Shown: positions 26,130 to 36,817, counted from the stretch's first letter. The stretch: 64,000 nt of DNA from an uncultured Clostridia bacterium (GCA_930990975.1 CAKNRR010000002.1:129663-193662); one strand, 5' to 3'. Notes: generated from the letters alone by a model not told the origin. Numbers and translations are program-made.

Positions 26130-27050
26130 GTGAAAAAATATAAGACTTTTTTAACTATTTTTATTTTTTATATTATTTTTAATATGATATTATTCCCCTC
26201 TCTTTATATTGGACAAACTCTAGACGGCATAACAGCATGGGCTTTTAATGTTTTACCCAGTCTTCTTCCATTTATATTCTTTACCAAAATATTATCCTCT
26301 CTTGGAACTGTAGAAAAATTTTCTTTAGCATTTAAAAAGCCTTGTTATCATTTGTTTAAAACACCTCCAATATCCTCTTATGTATTTTTTATGAGCATGA
26401 TTTCAGGCTACCCTGTTGGAGCAAAAATGACCTCAGACCTATACACTTCAGGACAAATAACAAAAAGCCAAGCTTTCAAAATGAGCAGTTTTTGTTCTAC
26501 TTCTGGTCCTATGTTCATAATAGGCGCAGTCGGAGTTGGAATGCTTAAAAATGCAACATATGGATATATAATCTTTATAAGTCATATTCTTGGAGCTTTA
26601 ATCAATGGAGTTTTATATAGAAATTTAAAAGTAAAAGACGACAAAACTGTAGACAAAAAAATCCAAAACACTCAGGAATTCAACCTTTCAAACACTGTTA
26701 TTGACTCTTCGTTAAGCATAATTTCAGTAGGAGCGATTATCGCCATATTTTTTGTTGTCATCACTTCATTATCGCCTATATTTAACCTTTTGCCATCTAA
26801 TATTGCTTGTATATTCAAAGGTTTAGTAGAAATAACTAAAGGCTGTATCGACATATCAGGGAGTATGAATGGAGCATTAGCAATCATTTCATGCACATTT
26901 ATAATAAGTTTTGGCGGATTATCAACAATTTTTCAATCAATAGCTATGTTAAATAAATTAGAGCAACCTATATCACTCTTTATTCTTCAAAAATTTACGC
27001 ACGCAATAATAGCAACAATCATCTCGATAATAATTTGCTTGTTAATATAA
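26130..27050 (+). CDS. ylbJ: sporulation integral membrane protein YlbJ-like (nucleoside-recognition/Gate-domain membrane protein)
   Basis: Polytopic, 306 aa. N-terminal G..AW..NVLPSLLPFIFFTKIL pattern typical of YlbJ (recollection). GTG start with SD aggag. Confidence 0.55.
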   Translation: MKKYKTFLTIFIFYIIFNMILFPSLYIGQTLDGITAWAFNVLPSLLPFIFFTKILSSLGTVEKFSLAFKKPCYHLFKTPPISSYVFFMSMISGYPVGAKMTSDLYTSGQITKSQAFKMSSFCSTSGPMFIIGAVGVGMLKNATYGYIIFISHILGALINGVLYRNLKVKDDKTVDKKIQNTQEFNLSNTVIDSSLSIISVGAIIAIFFVVITSLSPIFNLLPSNIACIFKGLVEITKGCIDISGSMNGALAIISCTFIISFGGLSTIFQSIAMLNKLEQPISLFILQKFTHAIIATIISIIICLLI

Positions 27051-27088
27051 AAAATAGAGAACTTGAATTCTCTATTTTTATTCTGTAA

Positions 27089-27850
27089 TTATATATTTAA
27101 AATGTTTAATATCTCTTTGACCAAGAATTTAACTTGTTTCACTTTGCAAGCTCTTAATGCAAGGGCTAAAGAATATGTTATATCGCTATCTCTTAAATCA
27201 GTGGTTTTCACAATTGATTTACAAATAATAATTGCATCCACAACATTTTGGCTTTGTTGAGCATATTGAAGTTCGCTTATGATTTGAACTGCAATTTTTT
27301 GGACTTCAACAAATTCATCTCCGTCATCATTTGAATTTGAAACTTTATCTTCATCCTCATCATCATATTCTTCATCGTTCTCTTCATCTTCAAATTTGCT
27401 TGTTTCGATTTCTTCATCGCCTTCAACGAATTTCAACTTTTTATAGCCAAATGCGTCAGCTATTAAATTTCTAAAAGGCACAACCATAGTTAAAACAAAC
27501 GCATGGAAAGGATTATCTTCCCTACCAAAGAAACGCTTAACAAAATCAATAAAATCAATTTTTTTGTTGTCAATATCAACCAATGTACAAAATACAAGTG
27601 CTATGATTTTGTATTCTTCATCTGGCATATCACAAACAAATTCCCCATGACCATCTTGTATATATGCTTTAGCAAATTCTCTTTCCCTATTGAATTGCTC
27701 CAAACATTCACCAACCAAAGAACAAACTTCTTCTGTCTGAGCAAGAACCTTCAACATCCTTTGCAATTTATACTCTGCAACCAAGAATTTACATTCAATA
27801 AACTCGTCACAAGCATCAAGAAAAATCTTTACATTGTCATTTTGTTCCAT
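27089..27850 (-). CDS. hypothetical acidic protein
   Basis: I place the start at MEQNDNVK (ATG 27848-27850), which has SD aagaggt 5 nt upstream. The track's 15-codon extension has no SD. There is an Asp/Glu-rich insert (EDEENDEEYDDEDED). No family recognised. Confidence 0.55.
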   Translation of the reverse strand: MEQNDNVKIFLDACDEFIECKFLVAEYKLQRMLKVLAQTEEVCSLVGECLEQFNREREFAKAYIQDGHGEFVCDMPDEEYKIIALVFCTLVDIDNKKIDFIDFVKRFFGREDNPFHAFVLTMVVPFRNLIADAFGYKKLKFVEGDEEIETSKFEDEENDEEYDDEDEDKVSNSNDDGDEFVEVQKIAVQIISELQYAQQSQNVVDAIIICKSIVKTTDLRDSDITYSLALALRACKVKQVKFLVKEILNILNI

Positions 27851-27960
27851 AAATACCTCTTTTGATAATTTTAACATACTATGCAAAAAAAACAAATAAA
27901 TTTAAGACCTTTTTATAAAAAAATTTGATTTATGCTTAAAACATGTTATAATATAAAATA

Positions 27961-28518
27961 ATGGAAAAAATACTTACCGATAAAGAACAAATAGTCCAAG
28001 ATAAACTTATAATGCTTTTTGTAATAGATAAAATGGAAATTCCTTTGACAGAAGATTCCATTCTTGATATTTGCAGTGTAAAGAATATCTGGATAAAAAA
28101 TTATATGGATTGTAAAGCTATCATACACGATTTAGTAGATAGCAAGCTTTTATATAAAATAGGTAATGAAGAAGAAGGTAAAGAATTGTTTGCTTTGACT
28201 TATGAAGGAAGGGAATGCTTATCTCACCTTTATAAAAGAATTCCCCTATCTGCAAGAGAAGAAATTTCTGCATATCTTCAAGCCAACAGGCTTAATGTAA
28301 AATCTTCGCAAGAGTATAGCGCAACATATTCCAAAAATGATGATGGTTCTTATAATGTAGAACTTAAAATATATGAGCCATTAATAACCAAACCTATGTT
28401 TATTTTAAATATAAAAGCACCTTCAAGGCAAGCTGCAAATGAAGCTATACACAAATGGAAGACAAATGCCCCTACCATTTATGAAATGATATATGAAAAA
28501 CTTATAAACACAGATTAA
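27961..28518 (+). CDS. DUF4364-like putative wHTH protein
   Basis: The N-terminal pattern LIMLFVIDKMEIPLTEDSILDI...DLVDSKLL resembles the DUF4364 family (recollection, not searched). Confidence 0.45.
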   Translation: MEKILTDKEQIVQDKLIMLFVIDKMEIPLTEDSILDICSVKNIWIKNYMDCKAIIHDLVDSKLLYKIGNEEEGKELFALTYEGRECLSHLYKRIPLSAREEISAYLQANRLNVKSSQEYSATYSKNDDGSYNVELKIYEPLITKPMFILNIKAPSRQAANEAIHKWKTNAPTIYEMIYEKLINTD

Positions 28519-28544
28519 AAAAACACGCATTGTCGTGTTTTTTA
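28517..28544. terminator. bidirectional terminator between convergent genes
   Basis: aaaaaaacacg-cattgt-cgtgtttttt. Its T-run overlaps the rnhA stop codon. Confidence 0.7.
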
Positions 28545-28988
28545 TTGTGCCACATTTTTTATTTTAACAATCTCACCTCTCGCAAGCTCGTCACACCTGT
28601 TATTAAATTCATTATCCGCATGTCCTTTAACCTTATGCCAACAAACATTATGCTTTAGAGTAAGCTCAATTAAATGTTGCCATAAATCAATATTTAAAAC
28701 TTTGCCTTTGGATGTTTTCCAGCCGTTTTTTTGCCAATTTGAAACCCAATCTTGCAAAAAAGCATTTACAACATAAGCTGAATCACTGTAAATATCAACA
28801 TTACAACTTTCTTTTAAAGCCTCTAGTCCTTTTATAACAGCAGTGAGTTCCATCCTATTGTTTGTGGTTTGAGCTTCACCGCCAGAAATTTCTTTTTTTA
28901 TGTCATTAAACATTAAAATAGCACCCCAGCCTCCAATACCTGGATTACCAGAACATGCCCCATCTGTATAAAGTATAATATTCTTCAT
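28542..28988 (-). CDS. rnhA: ribonuclease HI
   Basis: YTDGACSGNPGIGGWGAIL, TTNNRMELTAVI, YSDSAYV, W.KVKGHADNEFNNRCDELA. Confidence 0.92.
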   Translation of the reverse strand: MKNIILYTDGACSGNPGIGGWGAILMFNDIKKEISGGEAQTTNNRMELTAVIKGLEALKESCNVDIYSDSAYVVNAFLQDWVSNWQKNGWKTSKGKVLNIDLWQHLIELTLKHNVCWHKVKGHADNEFNNRCDELARGEIVKIKNVAQ

Positions 28989-29214
28989 TATTTCACCCTT
29001 AGTTTTCTAAATATTTTTTTAATTTCTCTATTTTTAAACAAATTATAATATAAAAAAGTTCTTTATACACAATTTTATCTTTTTGTGTATTTCTAGTACT
29101 AAAATAAATATAATTAACTCTATCCCAGTTACTCGATTTCAATAATTTACATTATAAACATCATAATATAACTGAATATTTCAATACTTAAAACAAAATT
29201 GAACTATAATTTTA

Positions 29215-30063
29215 TTATTTTTCTAACAGATACAATATACCCAAAGTATTCTCTCCGCAATGACAAGATATTGTTGAGCCAGCAATTGATGAAACAACTT
29301 CATCAAAAATATTTTTAGATTTAACATATTCTACTACCTGTTCGACAAATTTTGAATCGCTGCATGTATGTGTTATAAAACATAAATCTTTTTTAATATT
29401 TTTATGCTTTTCAAGCATATCATCAATATATTTGTAAACTATTGATTGAAACTTTCCCATATATTTTGCAGTGTTTTCAATCACTCCATCTACTAATTCT
29501 AATCTAGGCTTTATTTTCAATAAATTTGCACCGAATTTAGCCATTGCAGAACATCTTCCACCTTTATATAGAAAATCCAATTTATCTACAACAAAAGAAG
29601 CTTGATTAAGGTTTGCTTGTTTTTCAAGTTTTTTACAAATTTCATTTGCTGAATATCCCTCTTTGACAAGACTGCTTGCATATAGAACTAAAAGCCCAAT
29701 GCCAGTAGATAATGATTTGCTATCAACTATGTGTAATCTACCATTATTCAATTCTTTTTGAGCTTGACAAGCATTATTAAACGCAGACGACAATTTACTT
29801 GAAATACCTGTATAAATAACATCATCGCCATTTTCAAGCAATGTGGAGAAAAAGTTTTTAAAATCTTCTATGCTTCGTGCTGCCGTCTTAGGCAATTTCC
29901 CTGTTTCTTTAACATAAGAAAAAATTTGACTTGGCGTAATATTAACACCATCTAAATATTCCTTATCCTCCAAAATAACACAAAGAGGAATGACGGCAAT
30001 ATTATTCTCCTCTATTTGATTTTTGTTTATATCAACACAGCTATCTGTACAAATTCTTATCAT
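29215..30063 (-). CDS. DegV family fatty-acid-binding protein
   Basis: I place the start at MIRICTDSCVDI (ATG 30061-30063), which has SD aggag 5 nt upstream. This is the typical DegV N-terminus, and the protein is 283 aa. The track's 90-codon extension overlaps the divergent yjzC-like gene and its promoter region. Confidence 0.85.
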   Translation of the reverse strand: MIRICTDSCVDINKNQIEENNIAVIPLCVILEDKEYLDGVNITPSQIFSYVKETGKLPKTAARSIEDFKNFFSTLLENGDDVIYTGISSKLSSAFNNACQAQKELNNGRLHIVDSKSLSTGIGLLVLYASSLVKEGYSANEICKKLEKQANLNQASFVVDKLDFLYKGGRCSAMAKFGANLLKIKPRLELVDGVIENTAKYMGKFQSIVYKYIDDMLEKHKNIKKDLCFITHTCSDSKFVEQVVEYVKSKNIFDEVVSSIAGSTISCHCGENTLGILYLLEK

Positions 30064-30192
30064 ACCATCTCCTAAAACAATTATAATTAAATCCATTTTA
30101 TAATACAAATCATTTTCCAAAAATATATATTTTTTTTGACATATTTTGAATATTACGCCCCTTTCTACACACAATATAAACGGAGGTTGAAA

Positions 30193-30354
30193 ATGAGTAA
30201 ACAATGGAAACCTGGTGAACAAGCACCAAAATCTGGCAACTACTCTTGCTATGATAAAGATGGCAGATGTGGTGGAAGTTGCTACCTTGAAAAGGGTCAA
30301 CGCTTCCCTGCAACACAAAATTCTGGTTCTCATTATGAAATGGACGAAGAATAA
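30193..30354 (+). CDS. YjzC-like small protein
   Basis: MSKQWKPGEQAPKSGNYSCYDKDG...LEKGQRFPAT. The KPGxxAPxSGxY...G..FP pattern is that of YjzC-family proteins (recollection). SD ggaggt lies 6 nt upstream of the ATG at 30193. Confidence 0.6.
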   Translation: MSKQWKPGEQAPKSGNYSCYDKDGRCGGSCYLEKGQRFPATQNSGSHYEMDEE

Positions 30355-30374
30355 TAGTTGCCTTAATTTGAAAG

Positions 30375-30399
30375 CCGCAGACAGCAGTCTGTGGTTTTT
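30375..30399 (+). terminator. rho-independent terminator
   Basis: ccgcagac-agca-gtctgtgg (one G-U pair) followed by ttttt. Confidence 0.6.
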
Positions 30400-30726
30400 C
30401 TTTTATGTAGTTTTTCTTTTATAATAAAATAAAAAGTCCATAACGCAAATTATATAAAATCTATATTATACTGTTAATAATTTATATATTATCATACTGT
30501 CACATAAAATTTATGTCATAAGTTGAGCCAATTGACGCAAAGTTTCATTTGTCAAATAGAATTATATTTATTTTCTCGATAGTCATAATACGGCTGTTCA
30601 AATATCAACCAGTTACATTTACTAAATTTTCTTTTTTGTATAACAAATCAAATAGTTGACAAAGAACATAAAAAATGTTAAATTTATAGATATATATAAA
30701 TAAATATCTATTTGATTGATTTTTAT

Positions 30727-30814
30727 GTAGAGGTGGCCGAGTGGTTTAAGGCGCACGCTTGGAAAGCGTGTGAGGTGCAAGCTTCCGCAGGTTCAAATCC
30801 TGTCCTCTACGCCA
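30727..30814 (+). tRNA. tRNA-Ser (anticodon GGA)
   Basis: The 7-bp acceptor gtagagg/cctctac, discriminator g and encoded CCA are present. D-arm gcc-gagtggtttaa-ggc; anticodon stem-loop cacgc-ttGGAaa-gcgtg. Long variable arm (class II); T-loop ggttcaaatcc. A possible promoter (TTGACA, 17 nt, TAAATT) lies at ~30656-30684. Confidence 0.9.
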
Positions 30815-30905
30815 AAACAAATAAATACAATATATTGTAGGTTATCTTTAATTATACTTACAGCATACATTATTTAGGCATTATTTAGGAACATAAGGAA
30901 AGTTT

Positions 30906-31706
30906 ATGAAAATTATAAAAATAGGAAAAGAAAATTCAACTTTTCAAGAAATATTTGCATTGAAAAACAATCGCCAAAAAAGAAATAAAAAGCAACTATT
31001 GTTTGTTGAAGGAGTCCAAAACATAAAAAACGCAATAGACAACAATTGGGAAATAAATTCATTTATCTTTGCTGATTTTGAAAGGTTATCAAATTGGGCT
31101 AAAAATACAATAAAATCATCCAACGCAACCTGCTATGAATTATCCAGTGATTTGATGGAAAAGTTAAGTGACAAAGACCAAACAAGCGAGATAATCGCCT
31201 TGATAAAAATCAAAAATCAAGATATAAAAATTAACAGTAAAAGGCCTGTTATACTTTTACTTGATAGACCTTCTAAAAAAGGGAATTTTGGAACAATTAT
31301 CAGAAGCTGCGATGCTTTCAATGTTGACTTATTGCTGTTTATGGGACATTCCGTAGATATTTATGACCCAAAAGTTATTGTTTCGTCTATGGGCTCATTT
31401 TTCAGGGTTCCTTTTATGTATGTCAAATCAAATAATGAACTATTAGAATTTGTAAATACTTTGAAAAAATCCCATCCAACCCTTCAAATAATTTCAACCA
31501 CACTTCAAACGGACAACTCACTTGAAACTCTTAATACAAACAAGCCTACCCTATTAATGATGGGGAATGAAGCAGAAGGACTTTCAAATTTTCTAGTTGA
31601 CTTAAGCGATGAGTCAGTCAAGATAAATATGAGAAGTGGTATAGATTCATTAAATGTTGCATGCGCCACATCTATATGTTTATATAAACTATACTTAAAT
31701 AAATAA
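30906..31706 (+). CDS. TrmH/SpoU family RNA 2'-O-methyltransferase
   Basis: LLFVEGVQNIKNAI (substrate-binding N-domain). The SpoU motifs are LLLDRPSKKGNFGTIIRSCDAF, LLMMGNEAEGLS and SLNVACATSICLY. Confidence 0.85.
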   Translation: MKIIKIGKENSTFQEIFALKNNRQKRNKKQLLFVEGVQNIKNAIDNNWEINSFIFADFERLSNWAKNTIKSSNATCYELSSDLMEKLSDKDQTSEIIALIKIKNQDIKINSKRPVILLLDRPSKKGNFGTIIRSCDAFNVDLLLFMGHSVDIYDPKVIVSSMGSFFRVPFMYVKSNNELLEFVNTLKKSHPTLQIISTTLQTDNSLETLNTNKPTLLMMGNEAEGLSNFLVDLSDESVKINMRSGIDSLNVACATSICLYKLYLNK

Positions 31707-31910
31707 AAATCATCTTCTTAAGATTTCAATATTCATTAATCAAGTCAATTACAAAGATATGCCTCAACAGAAAGAATAAAAGAAAAAATTCCTAATATGA
31801 TGAAAAAGTTATACTTTAATAAAAATTTAAAATTCAAAACAATACATTATTAAACATATTAAAATAATCTTTTGTAATTTATTTGCTATTTATAAAATAA
31901 ATGATATAAT

Positions 31911-32795
31911 TTGACCATGTGGATTTTTTATGTCATAATTTATGCTTGCATTATTGGCTTTTTCTCTGTATTTCGTAAAAAAGCAGCACAAGAAAGCAAT
32001 TTTTTATTTGTGCTGGCTTTATCATCCACTACTGGTTTTTTGTTGATTGGTTGGAATTTTCAACAAGCTTGGATACTTGATCAGAAATACATTCTATTGA
32101 TTCTTTGCAAGTCATTTGTCGTATCATTATCTTGGGTTTTTGAATTATATGCAGTAAAAAATTATTTCATATCCGCCCTTCAACCTTTAAGTTCAATTAA
32201 AGTTGTTTTCGGATTTTTTGCATCGATGTTGATATTTAGTGAAGAAACATTTTGGTGGCAATTTATTGGTGTAGCCATTGTTGGCATTGGCATATTTGCA
32301 TTAAATAAAGAGCCAAAATCAAGTAAAAATAAATACAATGATGGCACTTATAAAACTAAGCAAAAATATAAAAGCATTTTGTTTTTTGTTTTAGCTTGTT
32401 TATGTAGCGAAACCTCTGCTATATTTGACAAATACATAATGCAATATGCACTGCCAAATCAAATGCAATGGTGGTATATGCTGTTTATATCAGCAATAGT
32501 ATGGATCTATTTCCTGGTGCAATGTTTGATTAATAAGAAGATGTTAATAAGCAAAAAAGACTTTAAAAATTTCTACATATACATTGTTGCAATTTTACTT
32601 ATACTTGCAGACCAACTTTTATTTAAATCATTGACTGATCCCGCAAGCAAAGCTTCTATCGTTTCCGTTTTAAAGCAAATAAGCACTATAGTTTCCGTTA
32701 TTTATGGCGCATACTTCTTTAAAGAACCAAACTTAAAGAGAAAGCTAACCTATCTTGGAATTATTCTATGTGGAATAATAATAATCTTATTATAA
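31911..32795 (+). CDS. EamA/DMT-superfamily transporter
   Basis: About 10 TM helices in two halves. The start is either TTG 31911 or ATG 31917. Confidence 0.6.
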   Translation: MTMWIFYVIIYACIIGFFSVFRKKAAQESNFLFVLALSSTTGFLLIGWNFQQAWILDQKYILLILCKSFVVSLSWVFELYAVKNYFISALQPLSSIKVVFGFFASMLIFSEETFWWQFIGVAIVGIGIFALNKEPKSSKNKYNDGTYKTKQKYKSILFFVLACLCSETSAIFDKYIMQYALPNQMQWWYMLFISAIVWIYFLVQCLINKKMLISKKDFKNFYIYIVAILLILADQLLFKSLTDPASKASIVSVLKQISTIVSVIYGAYFFKEPNLKRKLTYLGIILCGIIIILL

Positions 32796-32828
32796 ATAAA
32801 AAAAGAAGACATAAGTCTTCTTATTTTA

Positions 32829-33056
32829 TTATGCCCTATTATATAAAGCATTTGATAATACAATTCCGCCGTCAATTGCAGCTGCTATTATAAGCCATAT
32901 AGTCGCTATAAGAACTAGAATATATATTATTCTTTCAATGATTCTATTTCCCATGCTAATCCATGCCACAAGATTGAAGTTGAATAAGCCTACAAGTCCC
33001 CAATTTAAGCCTCCAATCAAAAGAATAATAAATGCAATATAATTTGCTATAATCAT
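32829..33056 (-). CDS. DUF378 small membrane protein
   Basis: 75 aa. IGGLNWGLVGLFNFNLVAW is the DUF378 signature (recollection). Confidence 0.7.
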   Translation of the reverse strand: MIIANYIAFIILLIGGLNWGLVGLFNFNLVAWISMGNRIIERIIYILVLIATIWLIIAAAIDGGIVLSNALYNRA

Positions 33057-33107
33057 ATTTACCTCCTATAAATAGGCTATGCAAATATGATTTTTTTATA
33101 CAAATGC

Positions 33108-34202
33108 TTAACTTATTTTATTTCCATTCTTATCAAAACTTTCATCTATAGTTCCGCCACCATAGCAAATACCATTCTCATCATACAATACTACAAATTG
33201 CCCTGGCGTTATGGCCCTTTGCTTTTCATCAAAATCAACTCTTATATGAGAATCATCTAAAACTGTTACTTTGACTTTTTGGTCTGGTTGACGATATCTA
33301 AACTTGGCATAGCAAACAAACTCTTTATCTTTTGGTTTTTCTGGGATCCAGTTCATTCCACTTGCAAGCAAATAGTCGCTATACAGCAAATCATCTTCAC
33401 CTTGAGAAACATAAAGAATGTTATTTTCTAAGTCTTTTTTTATTACAAACCATCTTTCTCCGTTTCCGCCCTTTCTTCCGCCTATGTTAAGACCTCTCCT
33501 TTGTCCCAATGTATAATACATTAGTCCATCATGTGTCCCAACTATATTCCCTTGCAAATCCATAATCTTGCCAGGTTTGGCAGGCAAAAACTCTTTTAAA
33601 AAGTTTTTAAAATTGCGTTCTCCTATAAAACATATACCAGTGCTATCTTTTTTATCTGCTGTAGACAAATCAAGTTTATGAGCTATTTCTCTGACTTTCG
33701 GCTTATCAATATGTTCAAGTGGAAATACTACACTTTCAAGCTGTTTCTGATTTAGTTGATTTAAAAAGTAAGATTGGTCTTTGTTTAAGTCATCAGCCTT
33801 AGCTAAATAATATTTCCCATCTTTCTCAATTTTTTTAGCATAATGTCCTGTTGCTATTTTATCAGCACCTAGTCTTTTAGCTTGTTCTAAGAAAGGCCCA
33901 AACTTCACTTCTCTATTGCAAAGGACATCTGGATTTGGAGTTCTCCCTTTCTTATATTCATCTAAGAAATATTCAAACACCCTATCATAGTATTCCTTTG
34001 AGTAATTAACAGAAAAATATGGAATGCCGATTTTATTGCAAACCCTTTTAACATCTTCAAAATCCTCTTCAGCTGTGCATGCACCATCTTTTTCTTCCCA
34101 GTTTACCATGAAAAGACCGATTACATCATGTCCCTGTTCTTTCAATAGATAGGCTGCTACTGACGAATCTACACCGCCACTTATTCCTACTACAATTCTC
34201 AT
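33108..34202 (-). CDS. mnmA: tRNA 2-thiouridine(34) synthase MnmA
   Basis: [34 protein letters not shown] (PP-loop), ATGHYA, and DQSYFL motifs. Confidence 0.94.
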   Translation of the reverse strand: MRIVVGISGGVDSSVAAYLLKEQGHDVIGLFMVNWEEKDGACTAEEDFEDVKRVCNKIGIPYFSVNYSKEYYDRVFEYFLDEYKKGRTPNPDVLCNREVKFGPFLEQAKRLGADKIATGHYAKKIEKDGKYYLAKADDLNKDQSYFLNQLNQKQLESVVFPLEHIDKPKVREIAHKLDLSTADKKDSTGICFIGERNFKNFLKEFLPAKPGKIMDLQGNIVGTHDGLMYYTLGQRRGLNIGGRKGGNGERWFVIKKDLENNILYVSQGEDDLLYSDYLLASGMNWIPEKPKDKEFVCYAKFRYRQPDQKVKVTVLDDSHIRVDFDEKQRAITPGQFVVLYDENGICYGGGTIDESFDKNGNKIS

Positions 34203-34243
34203 TTAAACCCTCATTTGTCTTTTATTAATTTTATTATACTCTC

Positions 34244-35389
34244 TTATTTTGTATCATCCTTATTATCTTTTTGTTCTTTATTATCAGAGTCGTCTTTATC
34301 ATAAACTATCTCAATGTGATTGTTAATATATTCTTCATCGAGTTGACTATTATTATAAAACTCTTCAAGCTCATCTATTACAGAATCTTCAATATCCTCT
34401 TGAGATAAAGTTTGGTAATTTATAGCATCATTACCTTCAGATATATTGTTGCCTATATTTTCTTCTGTGTTATCCTTCGCTTCACCATCTAAAGCTTCTG
34501 ATTGCTCATGCTGCGCTTCATATTCCTTCTCAACTTCATCGCTTAAAACTGTATTAAGATTATCTTTATTAAGGTCATCTACATCCAAATTCTCGCTATC
34601 ACTTTGTAAACCAATTTCTTCTTTGGCGGTATCCTTTTTCGTGTCTTTTTCATCACGATTCTTTTTATTTACATCCTTAAGTTTATTTAATTCAATGTCT
34701 TCCAATAAACTTATATTCTTTTCATTAAGTTCTTCTTTCTTTTTTCTATCCAAGTCTTCATCATCAAGGTCTTTTGATTCATCTTTATTATCATTTTGAT
34801 TTATGCCTGCAGCATTTGTTTCATCTTCATCTACTAATGTAATCGAACTATTTAAATCATTATATGAATCGCTCTCTAAATCAATGGCAACAGGCACTTT
34901 GAATTTCTTTGTCAAAATCATCAACACATCAAATGGCCACATTAAAAGAACTAAACCACATATCGTTGTGAGTACGCCTAACAATGCCCCGTCATTAATT
35001 TGAATTAAGCTTTGATTAAAAATCACAAATAAAAACAATATCAAGAAATTTATCAAAAGCGTAATACCTCTTAAATATCGCCCAACATAAAAGCAATGGC
35101 CACCAAACGCACCGAAGAAAATTGAATAACAAACCAATCTCTTTTTGCTAACATCTTTGGGCAACTTTGATGTCCTTATTATAAAATCTCTATCATGCCT
35201 TAATATCTTTCTTTTTGCATCCTTATTTGTAGCTATTTCAAGCCTTGAAAACACAAGTCCACAATCTGGACATGTTTCAACACCTTCCAAGCATTTTAAG
35301 CCACAACGAGGACATATTTGAGGTTTTGCTAAATTATCTTTTGAAAATTTCATATTAAAACTATAACACTTTAATAAAGGCATTGTCAA
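34244..35389 (-). CDS. zinc-ribbon + TM2-domain membrane protein with a long acidic low-complexity C-terminal tail
   Basis: CPRCGLKC..CPDCG at the N-terminus. TM2-like FGAFGGHCFYVGRYLRGITLL. The last ~200 aa are D/E/N/K-rich. The true start may be MKFSKDN (35353). Confidence 0.6.
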   Translation of the reverse strand: MTMPLLKCYSFNMKFSKDNLAKPQICPRCGLKCLEGVETCPDCGLVFSRLEIATNKDAKRKILRHDRDFIIRTSKLPKDVSKKRLVCYSIFFGAFGGHCFYVGRYLRGITLLINFLILFLFVIFNQSLIQINDGALLGVLTTICGLVLLMWPFDVLMILTKKFKVPVAIDLESDSYNDLNSSITLVDEDETNAAGINQNDNKDESKDLDDEDLDRKKKEELNEKNISLLEDIELNKLKDVNKKNRDEKDTKKDTAKEEIGLQSDSENLDVDDLNKDNLNTVLSDEVEKEYEAQHEQSEALDGEAKDNTEENIGNNISEGNDAINYQTLSQEDIEDSVIDELEEFYNNSQLDEEYINNHIEIVYDKDDSDNKEQKDNKDDTK

Positions 35390-35407
35390 GCATGCTATAA
35401 AACAAAC

Positions 35408-36817
35408 CTATTCTTCATTCAACTTTTCTTTTGTTTTGTTGAAATAAATATATCCTCCTTTATCATTTGGATTGCTTTTTAAATTTTCTCTGAAGTAGTC
35501 CATCGCTTTTTGATACTCTCCATTATTATAAAAAATGACGCCTCTTTCAAATAACCCTTTGTTTTTTATCAGTCTTACTGTTTCTTCTTTTGAATAAACT
35601 TCCAAATCTTCAAAAAGCATAACCTCTTTAAATTCATCCATATTTAGCGAACCAATATATCTATAAATTAATTTATAATTCAAAGGTAAATTGTCTATAA
35701 CAGATTTAGTAAACACCATTTTTGACGACATATAGCTCACAATTTCATCCATCTTTTCAAGCAAAGAAGTTTCGTTTGATACAATAGTTGGGATTTTTCT
35801 TTCTTCATCGCCAACAATACCAAATATCACCTCGCCAGACAAAATAGATATTCTTTCTTTCACTGCGGTAAGCTTTTTGTTACTTCTATTCTCAATTCTC
35901 ATCGCCCTAATAATGGCAAGTGAACAATTTATTGCATTTTCTGCATTTGGAAAAACAGCTATGATTCCATCGCCCAAATATCTATCAATAAAACCATTAA
36001 ATTTTCTAACTAACGGCGCTATAACATTTAAATACGAATTTAAAATATTAAAGTTATCTTCTAAAGATAAACTGTCTTTATTGTTTATTCCTTCGAGTTT
36101 TATACATACAAGTGTTGCATATTTTTTTACCTGATGTCCCAATTCTAATTCTGTTATATTCCCTTTTCCTAAAAACTTAAAAAACTGTTTAGGTACAAAT
36201 TTTTGAGTTTCTAAATTTGCATTTTTTAATGACTTATCATTTTCTCTATATTTATTATTTATCTTCACCAAACCATGCTCTATATTCTTAAACTGCTTGC
36301 CTCCGCCTATATTTAATTTTTCTTCTCTTACCCTGCCATCACCTAATCTTGAGATTACTTTTTCCACTTTATTGAATGGCCTACAGATGATTATATAATT
36401 AAAAAACAATATAGCTATAAAAACTAAACTTACCAGTATTGCCCACAAAATAGTATTGTAGGCATTATCTGTTGAAATATTTAAAAGCGAACGAAAAGAG
36501 GCAGCAAATGGACTATTTATATTTGATAAATCAGCTATCAAAAACATTGTTGCACCGTAAATCAAAATCAAAGGTATTGAGGAAAAGAACAGCACTTTAT
36601 CAAGCGAGAGAGCGAGCAAGAATCTCCAATATAAATAAATTCCTAAAACAATTGAAGCAATAAAAAGAATTAAAGCAATTATTGCTTTTGTGTCAAAATT
36701 AAATGTAAAACCATTATCTGTTGGAACGATTGCTGAAAATAAAGAGCCACCAAGAATTAAAGCTGGCACTGTAACCGCAATAAATATTATTAAAATTATC
36801 TTTGTTGATTTTTTCAT
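35408..36817 (-). CDS. membrane-anchored class III nucleotidyl cyclase homology domain protein with a TPR-like C-terminus
   Basis: 5-6 N-terminal TM helices. The cyclase-homology core is ATLVCIKLEGI...FNGFIDRYLGDGIIAVF...ISILSGEVIFGIVGDEER. The C-terminal YNNGEYQKAMDYFRENLKSNPND is TPR-like. I prefer the start at MKKSTK (ATG 36815-36817), because the track's start overlaps the divergent gene at 36903. Confidence 0.65.
   Translation of the reverse strand: MKKSTKIILIIFIAVTVPALILGGSLFSAIVPTDNGFTFNFDTKAIIALILFIASIVLGIYLYWRFLLALSLDKVLFFSSIPLILIYGATMFLIADLSNINSPFAASFRSLLNISTDNAYNTILWAILVSLVFIAILFFNYIIICRPFNKVEKVISRLGDGRVREEKLNIGGGKQFKNIEHGLVKINNKYRENDKSLKNANLETQKFVPKQFFKFLGKGNITELELGHQVKKYATLVCIKLEGINNKDSLSLEDNFNILNSYLNVIAPLVRKFNGFIDRYLGDGIIAVFPNAENAINCSLAIIRAMRIENRSNKKLTAVKERISILSGEVIFGIVGDEERKIPTIVSNETSLLEKMDEIVSYMSSKMVFTKSVIDNLPLNYKLIYRYIGSLNMDEFKEVMLFEDLEVYSKEETVRLIKNKGLFERGVIFYNNGEYQKAMDYFRENLKSNPNDKGGYIYFNKTKEKLNEE

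Noticed and set aside
30064-30333. 90-codon N-terminal extension of the DegV ORF in the track, plus the minus-strand ORF 30110..30316 and plus-strand ORFs 30136.. and 30215..
   Set aside because: The DegV family N-terminus (MIRICTDS) has its own SD at 30064-30075. The extension overlaps the divergent yjzC-like gene and reads as nonsense. For the plus-strand gene, only the ATG at 30193, which has SD ggagg, is convincing.
30400-30905. tRNA-Ser and its 300-nt AT-rich upstream region, considered as a possible integration hotspot or att site.
   Set aside because: No integrase is nearby, I could find no direct repeat of the tRNA 3' end, and the flanking genes are ordinary.
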